DNA from: Chromera velia
Taxonomy: Eukaryota
Direction: 5' to 3'
Length of the DNA stretch: 20,000 bases
Assembly: GCA_018398765.1 (NCBI GenBank)
Contig: JAHBMJ010000466.1
Coordinates: 107,679-127,678 of the forward strand
The translations under genes were made by a program, and so were the position numbers. Positions 1-20,000 of the stretch are shown here, in pieces. A model generated the notes under the pieces. The model was given only the letters and a program-made list of their open reading frames with translations. It did no database searches and was not told the origin of the DNA. Every line of letters begins with the position of its first letter. The first letter of the stretch is position 1.

Positions 1-6
1 GTGTGT

Positions 7-50
<44 letters not shown>

Positions 51-82
51 ATATGTGTGTGTGTGTGTGTGTGTGCGTGTGT
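1..82. repeat. (GT)n microsatellite
   Basis: Direct reading. Confidence 0.95.
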
Positions 83-125
83 TTGTCCGTGTGAGATTCG
101 ATGATTCAGTGAAGTGACCACTTAC

Positions 126-415
126 CTGTCCTCGTCTTCGCGTCCACATGCCCCATGTGTGCGCCCTCGAACATCTGCAAAAGTCATACAGCATGATTCT
201 TTACATTTTTTGAGGAGAGGGAAAAGCAGAGGACGCGTAGCACTGCCTGCGGTGTGCGTGTTTGTACACGTATGTTTTTTTTGTACCATCAGGAGAGAGA
301 AAAGGGGGGAGAGAGAGACAGTGAGAGAGACAAAGAGAGAGGGAGAGAGAGCGAGCGAGAGAGAGAGAGAGACAACCCCAGGAGAGTTTCTGATATTGGG
401 GGTGTTTTCTCTCTG

Positions 416-448
<33 letters not shown>

Positions 449-2003
449 CAGAGAGAAAGAGAGGGAGAGACAGACAACCTCAGGAGAGGTTCTGATAGCT
501 GCTGACCCTCTCCCCATTGGAGGTGTTTTCTCTCTGACACACACACATACAGAGAGAAAGGGAGGGAGAGAGAGACAACCTCAGGAGAGGTTCTAATATC
601 CGCTGACCTTCTCCCTATTGGGGGTGTTTTCTCACCTTTTTTTTGGTTTCCTCCACATTGTTTGCCTTCTTCTCCTCGGGCCACTCTTCTGCGTCTTTTG
701 ACTTTTAAGTTCAATATTTGATTTACAAAACAGATTCTGTTCGAACGCAGAGAAGAGGAAGTCAGAAGAGAATTCTTCTCCCCACCCGTTCCTGCACCGC
801 CCTCCAGGTTGAGTGCATGCGTGCGTGCGTGTGTGCCTGTGTGTATATGTGTGTGTGTGTGTGTGTATTCGCAAATGGTGGCACAGAGAAACAGATCACA
901 TGAACGTGAGGCTCAGTGAGAGACACCGCGCAATGAAGCTTCACACGCACCACTTGAGTGAGCAAAACCAGAACAAAGCAACACCAAACAAGCTTACTTA
1001 AAAAAACAGTCTGAGAGGACTCCACGACCACTTCGATTGACTGACTCGGCTGCCTCTGGGTCGGTCTTCTTCTGCTCCGTGTAGTATAACTTGAAGTTGA
1101 TGGCTGCCTCCACGTCGTTGTTTGTGCGCTGACCGAGAGAGACAGTGTCACAGACATACAGGGAGTGAGGGAGTGAGGGAGGGAGTGGGGGATGCGGAGG
1201 GAGGGAGAGAAGAGAGAGCCGAGTACACCAATAAAACAGACACGGCAGCGTCAAGGGAGACCCGTCCTTCAAGGGCACTCACTCACTCACTCGGGAGAGA
1301 AAAGCAGGAAGGCCAAAGGGCGGAACTTCAAGGGAAGCCTAGCTGGTTTAGGAAATCCGAGACGGATCGAACCTTACTCCCTCGGTGTCCATTTCTCCGA
1401 ATTGTTTCTCTTCTTCCCGATTTCCTTCTTTCTCTTTGCCTTCCTTCGTCACTCCCTCTATCCACACATGGCCTCCTGGACCCACCTTCAGAAAAAACTT
1501 CACGAGTCTGCGGTCTTTGATTTCTGCACGCGCATACAGAACCATACAAACAAGAGGAAGAGGGGAAAACGTTTCAGACCGAAGACACAAACAGGTGCCT
1601 CGATCGGCAAAGACTCCAACAGCCGCCTTTCTCTCATGGTTTCATCGTCCCTTACGTATTGCTTGTTCATGTCAGACCGAGTCAGGCAGATGTGCGAAAG
1701 CCATACCATCAAATCCACACAGCATTTTGCAATAGGGTCTCGTCCCCCAGCTCGCCATCTCTCCCATCTCCGAGTCGCCATCTCTGTGCAACTCTTTTCC
1801 CTGTTCTCACTCTTCATGATAAGGTAAGAGCTACATTCAGAATACGCAGAGAAATATGACATTCAACTGAAGCGAACACTTATACAACCGAAAGCAAAAA
1901 AGAGGGCAGGGTATGACTCACGGGTGACTCTCTCGAACTGAGCGATCTTTTGCTCCGTTGTTGGGGGGTCCATTGTTGTAGCCAGACCGATTGAGTTGGT
2001 CAC
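126..2003 (-). CDS. Partial multi-exon gene of unknown function, possible UBA-like motifs; appears to continue beyond the left edge
   Basis: Candidate exons with canonical minus-strand sites: 2003-1922 (MDPPTTEQKIAQFERVT), an exon ending 1580 (RRLLESLPIEAPVCVF), 1523-1378 (IKDRRLVKFFLKVGPGGHVWIEG..), 1128-998 (RTNNDVEAAINFKLYY..), 791-636 and 174-126. Phases agree for the four central exons. The outer junctions are unresolved. Confidence 0.5.
369..635. repeat. ~100-bp tandem repeat, 3 diverged copies with embedded CA/GA runs
   Basis: AGACAACCYCAGGAGAGKTTCTRATA...TTGGRGGTGTTTTCTC at ~370, ~472 and ~573. Confidence 0.85.
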
Positions 2004-3580
2004 CTGTCAGCAGATTGACCTGAGAGACCTCTCTCACGAACAGATAGAGAATCGGCAGCACAAGCGGCCTGTTCAAGTAAGGGAGTGGCTTGCCGCCTTG
2101 CACGATGCAGACAAACAGGCAAAACAACAGAGACTGAGTGAGAATGGGTGGTTCAGGTCTGAACAAACATCTACCAGATTTTCTCTTACGATCAAATCTC
2201 CTGCAAGCAGAGAGCTTCACCTCAGTCCTTCGAATGTAAAAACGGTGCCCAGCGGTGGAGGTATCATGGATCATGAGTGAGGCATCGATCAACAAAAAAT
2301 TCATGATCGACAACATAGATCGAGGGTGATTGATGCATGGATATGCATGCATGGTGATTGATGGTGATTGGCATGTGATTGGCTCATGGATGATGTTGGA
2401 TGATTCATGCATGGAGATTCGGCATGATTCGGGATGCCGTGGCCCCCGATAATTTTTCTCCGTCTCTTTTTTTTTCTGCTGTGTTATGAAAATTTAAGAC
2501 AATTAAATCGAGACAGCTTTTTTTTTGCTTCGCTCGACAGAGACAGCAAGGAGTGCATGCAAGTAACAAATTTGACACAAAAAACTACCACTCTGGAAAC
2601 CTGAACTTACCTGACCTCGCCTGACCTCTTATTACTACAATAAAGGAAAAGGATTCAATATCTCTAGTGAGAGAAGCTAGTGTGGAGAAGATTGCCTGGA
2701 GATTCAAAAACTTTTTTTTCCCCTGCTTTTACCAGCCTTTTGGTCTTCTACTCTCAAAATCTGAAGAGAGCAGCTAAAATCAGCGCCTAAAGGTCTCCGA
2801 AGGCGCTGTGAATCAAAAACCGGTTCTATTTTTTTAAATCCTTCTTACTTAATTATTTTTTGTACAAATATTTTTGAACTATATACTACTTTAAATTTCT
2901 TTAAATTTTTGCGGGTTTTATGAGTTTTTTGGGAGTGAGGCAGAGCCACTATTATGATGATGATAGATGATAATTAGACTCGATTATTAGAGGTTCAAGT
3001 TGAGCCCTATAGCCCATAGTGGCGTCCCACGGTAGTCGTAACCGTTTCATTGAATTTTTACAAGAAGTTATCAAATTTTCTGAACCAGTTTAATTCAGAA
3101 TAAAGAGAAGTTATTACTATTAATATCATGCAAATGATTCGAATCAGACCTAAACCAAAACAAACACAACAAATTGACACAAAAAACTACCATCTACTGC
3201 ACTCAGATGCTCCGAAAAGGAGCAAATTAATCAGTTCATTCTCCCTTGTGACAAGAATCCCAACCTTGAAGCCCCTGCATTAAATAGAGAAAAGTGATCC
3301 ATTCCTGCAGCTGCTTTGCCTCTCGATGAAGCCTGCATGTACCCCCTTTTACTTTTCAAATGACTTCTTTACACCGGGAGCTGGACACTATTAAAGGAAT
3401 TCCCGAACTCCATGCAGGCCAACGTCGAGGAAGCAGCCTGTCTCTATGAAGGAAGACACGCACAGATACCGCACCACCCCCGGAAACGAAAAAAATGTAC
3501 ACCGATCGGCCAACTTAACTCTGCATGGGTGCTAGTCAAACTGTCTTTCGAGGATGTCGCCCCGACGAATGCGACCCCAC

Positions 3581-4672
3581 CTTCTTGGAATACAGACCCT
3601 CCCCGACCGCTCTCTCTCCAGAGAGATCGTGGCGCTCGTCCCAGGGCAGCCAGTGGCGGGGAGGGGAGACGGAAGCTCTGACCGTCTTGGCGGGCAGGAG
3701 GGATCTGGGGGGACTCAGTCTGCCTTCTGTGCGGACAGCCTCCTTGGAGCTGAGACTGTCCTCTTCCCCGGGCTTGTCCCAGGGCAGCCAGTGACAGGGA
3801 GGGGGGGTGGAGGGCCTCTGACTCACTCTGTTGACACGGTGTCCCGACCCTTTCGCTTTCCTGCACACACTCAGAGCAGTGCGTGCGTCAACGAGGTCAT
3901 GAGGAGGGAAAGAGAGGATGAATGAAGTGCTTTCAGGGAGAAAAGCTGTTTCTTCTCACCCCTTTTTGAAAAGAAAAAAAAAAAAGGAAGGAAGGACGGA
4001 AGGCCCCGTGACGCACGCAGAGACAGAACCGTTCATCGTTTTTGTTGTATTGCGAATACCTGGGGATGCATGCACCTGGCTCGTCATGATTCGGTTTGCA
4101 CCCCATGCACGTTGCTGCATACAATTGATCTTTCTCGATTGAGTACAAGGCAATTGGCTTCGATGGATCCTCAGGCTCATGATCATTTGCACAGAGGTGG
4201 TTGAAGGAAGTTGCATCGATGAACGAGTGAACATTCATGTTGGCTTCTCTTCTCTTGCGATCAAAACATCGGGACGGTCAATACTGACTGGTCGGCGCTT
4301 TTCTTCGTGGTTTTCCTCTTCGGAGTCCCTTTCACCTCGTTCTTGTTCTTCTTCTTCTTCTGTGGAGAGTGATCTGCCTGCACTCCGCCCGACGTGGAGT
4401 TTTTTCCTTTCGGGGCCTTTGGGTCCTCTGCATGATGGAGGCCAGTCAAGACATTCAAACAATCAGACAAAGAAAGAATAAATGAAAACAAAGCTTAGCC
4501 TAGCCTGTCAGGCACTCAGTAGAGCTCGACACATTGATGCCTTCCGATAGAACGACGTGTCTGATGAAACGGTTTCCTTTCCGTTCCCTTCCCTGCCTTC
4601 GCACGCACCTTTCTTCACGGGTTTTCGACCCCCTCCGAGCTTGGCCGAGATTTGTCCCGGGCTCTTTGAATC
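3581..4672 (-). CDS. Probable exons of a charged, low-complexity protein (frame ambiguous)
   Basis: Exons 4672-4609, 4427-4289 and 3860-3581 each have a TGCAG acceptor and GT donor and join without stops. Start and end of the gene were not located. Confidence 0.4.
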
Positions 4673-4675
4673 CTG

Positions 4676-5056
<381 letters not shown>

Positions 5057-5714
5057 CGACATGATCGGCCAGTGCACCATCCGTCTACCCGAGTTCTTCA
5101 AAGGAATACAGAGACAGAATGACAGGGACAGGCGACCAGAGAGACACAAAGAAGGAGACGCGTGGATGCAGTCGCAGGGCTGCGAATGGTTGCATGCTGA
5201 GACATCAATCTGCGACAGTTGTGTGGGCAAAAGAAATCGACCAGCAAGAGGCGAAGCGGAGAAGCATCCGGCTGTTACACGTGGTAGGTAGATGTCTTCA
5301 ATACACGCGCTTTTTCGTCCCTTTTTGCTTGCTGACCTTCTTCTTTCTGAAAAGGCACGAGACGATTTGAATGAAGCGTTCCATCGTTGTCTGTCTGATC
5401 GATTAGACAAGTGACCTCAGCAGAGACAGATGTCGATCAGCAATTAAAGACTCTGACAGAGAGGCGGCACCGATCGAAAGGCTCGATTCAGTCTGCATAA
5501 CTCCAGTGCCCACAATGAGTCGCAGCCTGCATGGTCAAACTTGAACCCAGAACGAGAAGGAAAGAAGACAAGAAACAATGGTGCCCCGATGCTAGACACG
5601 CCTGTACAAAGTGCCTTCTTGAATGCAGATCAAACAACGTGCAACACAAAAACAACGTACACAGTCAGAACAACGCGTTTTGCTCAAGTTGGCACTGTGC
5701 ACAACCGACGTACT

Positions 5715-5794
5715 AAATCGCCGGCCGGCCGCGGCCGCGTCGCGCGAGCGGTGCATGCGCAGTTCACCCCCCCCCGCGCGGCCGGCCAATTTTA
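5715..5794. promoter_or_regulatory. GC-rich inverted repeat enclosing TGCATG, ~90 bp upstream of the receptor ATG (putative promoter element)
   Basis: GGCCGGCCGCG (5723-5733) and CGCGGCCGGCC (5777-5787) are exact reverse complements. TGCATG lies at 5752. Confidence 0.35.
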
Positions 5795-5880
5795 ATTGTC
5801 TCCTCACTGTGCATCCTGCATGACGTGAAGACGCGCGATGATTTGAAGCAACCTTCTTTTCCGTCCCCTTGCTCGCTCAG

Positions 5881-18053
<12,173 letters not shown>

Positions 18054-18477
18054 GAGAGCGGCCCCGTATATAGACGCAGGGACCAGGGACAGAAGCCGCT
18101 TTCCAAACGAAGACGCCCAGAGCTTGCTTAATCGTGCCTTTTGCTCCTCTCTACCTTCTTCGTCTGTCTGGCACTTTCAGTTTTCAGCAAGATTTTAGTA
18201 AACCTCAATAGCTTTTGTCTTTCGTAGTAGAGAAGCGGGAGGGTCTTGTGAGACTTCTTGCTTCATCGTTTTCCCTATTGAGGCGTTCTTGGATGCCCTC
18301 TTTCAAGTAGTCAATCGGCCTCGTGGCAAGTTGACGCCGAGCTGGGACCAAGTTGTTTGATTTATTTCAGCGTCATTCGTGTACATCCATGCACCGAGCT
18401 GTCCCTTGCCGATTTTCGTCTTTATCTTTTCGCTTTGATCTCTCAAGAGCGAGGCACCCACACATCCACCTACAGCT

Positions 18478-18515
18478 GCACGCACACACACACGCACACA
18501 CCCACACCCACACAG

Positions 18516-18555
<40 letters not shown>

Positions 18556-18557
18556 GC

Positions 18558-18625
<68 letters not shown>

Positions 18626-18632
18626 CCACACA
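18478..18632. repeat. (CA)n microsatellite
   Basis: Direct reading. Confidence 0.95.
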
Positions 18633-19584
18633 AACGTCTAGACATGCACACGTGTACATTCTTGCACACTCTGACTACCGCAAGTTGAGGCGAATCAATC
18701 CGACTGGCATGCAGGCTTCCTCCCCCCCCCCCCCATGAATGTGTGCTCTGGGTTGTCCTCAAAGCCTTGTTAGTGGCTTGGGATTTGGCGTCGCTAAATC
18801 TAGGATTTAACCCTCAATCATCATCACCGCTGACTTGGGCACAGCTAGGACCAGGTACAGCAGGAGGCCATCACAAGAAGACCTTTTATGCGTGTCTCCT
18901 CTTTAATTCTCAGTTTATATGAAAAGACTGCCATGACAATCCTTTGTAGTGTGTTCAGCTCCATGTATTAAACTTACTAAAATTATCATATGATAGTGGC
19001 AAAAGCTAGATGCATATACAGGCTGATGGCGTTTTAAAATCTAGATGATCGTTTTTCTAGTCATTTTTCACTAGACATAGCTCTTAATCACCATTTTAGC
19101 TTGCATATATTGAATTTTACTAAGTCTGAAAGATTTAAAACTGTATAAGCGTTGGCTATCAAGAGAGTAAAAAAAAGTAAATTAGGCCCTAGGCCTACTA
19201 CTAGCCCTAGAGTAAGCCTATATGCAAACCCTTTTTTTTTTTCTTCTTTTTCATACAGTTAAACAACCATTAAGTGTTGCGTAAGTGTTAATCATAGGGT
19301 TGTTAATCACCGACAACTGTAAGTACTGAAAAATGGTACCGACCCCCAATTTCATTTTTTTTTTGTGCTTTTGGTGTTTTAAATTCATCACCAGCAAAAA
19401 TTTTATGAGGTAATTATCTTAAGGCCCTAGACTCTAGCCTAGACTGTTGCTTCTAGTTGAGCCTGATGTGGAAAACTGGCTGTTTTGGAGTAAAAGGAGC
19501 CATAGCGGGCCCGGTGGCGAGCAGGGCAGGCCTGCGCGGCGCGATGTCGAGCCTAAAAGCGATACTGAATCACTGTTAACCTGG

Positions 19585-19850
19585 ATTCAAACCCTTAAAG
19601 CAGCAACAGAAGAAAAGAAGAGGAAACATGGGTAGGCAAGTGCGGACAGAGGGTGCGACTTCACCCCACTTGTGAGTGCGGTCGACGGGACGATGGAGGG
19701 GGAGGCTAAAATGTTCTTGAAGAGGGTGGCAGAGCGATTGAGTGAGAAATAGGGGCAAGACGTGCGGCCGGATCCGAGTCAGACTGCAGCTAGGTTGCCC
19801 ACCTGAAAGCGGCAAGCGCGTGCATTCGGGGGACCAGAGGAGTGCAGGGG
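19585..19850 (+). mobile_element. Degenerate 3' fragment of an RLE-type (CRE-like) non-LTR retrotransposon, C-terminal endonuclease region
   Basis: Translation [52 protein letters not shown], then after frameshifts IRVRLQ and [12 protein letters not shown]. This matches my recollection of the EKK.K..FTPLV..DG..EA..FLKR.A..L..KW..R.RL..LRA..C.RG.R pattern of such elements. In-frame TAGs at 19633 and 19750. Confidence 0.75.
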
Positions 19851-20000
19851 GAAGGCTGGGAGGAAGGAGGAGTAGGTAGTGTGCTGGTCATGACTGAGGG
19901 ATAGGAAGTACTTAGAAAATGCTGAAGAAGGCATTCGGACGGAGGAGCGTCAAGTATGAGGTCGCATGAGAGAGAGAGCTAGCAGCGAGAGCAGTAACCA

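Overview
This is eukaryotic, intron-dense, microsatellite-rich DNA with abundant TGCATG motifs. An alveolate such as a chromerid or coccidian relative is my inference, not a demonstrated assignment. Most ORF-track entries are artefacts of simple repeats. The main feature is a ~22-exon + strand gene (5881-18053, ~1070 aa by my manual splice model). It encodes a signal peptide, a Cys-containing N-terminal domain, GCC2/GCC3 (ephrin-receptor-like) Cys repeats, ~9 TM helices and an acidic tail, i.e. a CRMP/Pkd2-like receptor architecture. Most junctions are clean GT-AG and phase-consistent. The most protein-like reading needs four exceptions that would each be repaired by a single A->G: an AA acceptor, two AT donors and an in-frame TAG. 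It also needs a +1 frameshift. Possible explanations are a pseudogene, assembly error, non-canonical splicing or RNA editing. Several duplications are anchored at splice sites, including a 60-bp x ~16.5 array of decoy acceptors. The window also holds partial minus-strand spliced genes (126-2003, 3581-4672), a CTAG-rich AT tract and a decayed RLE-type non-LTR retrotransposon 3' fragment near the right end.
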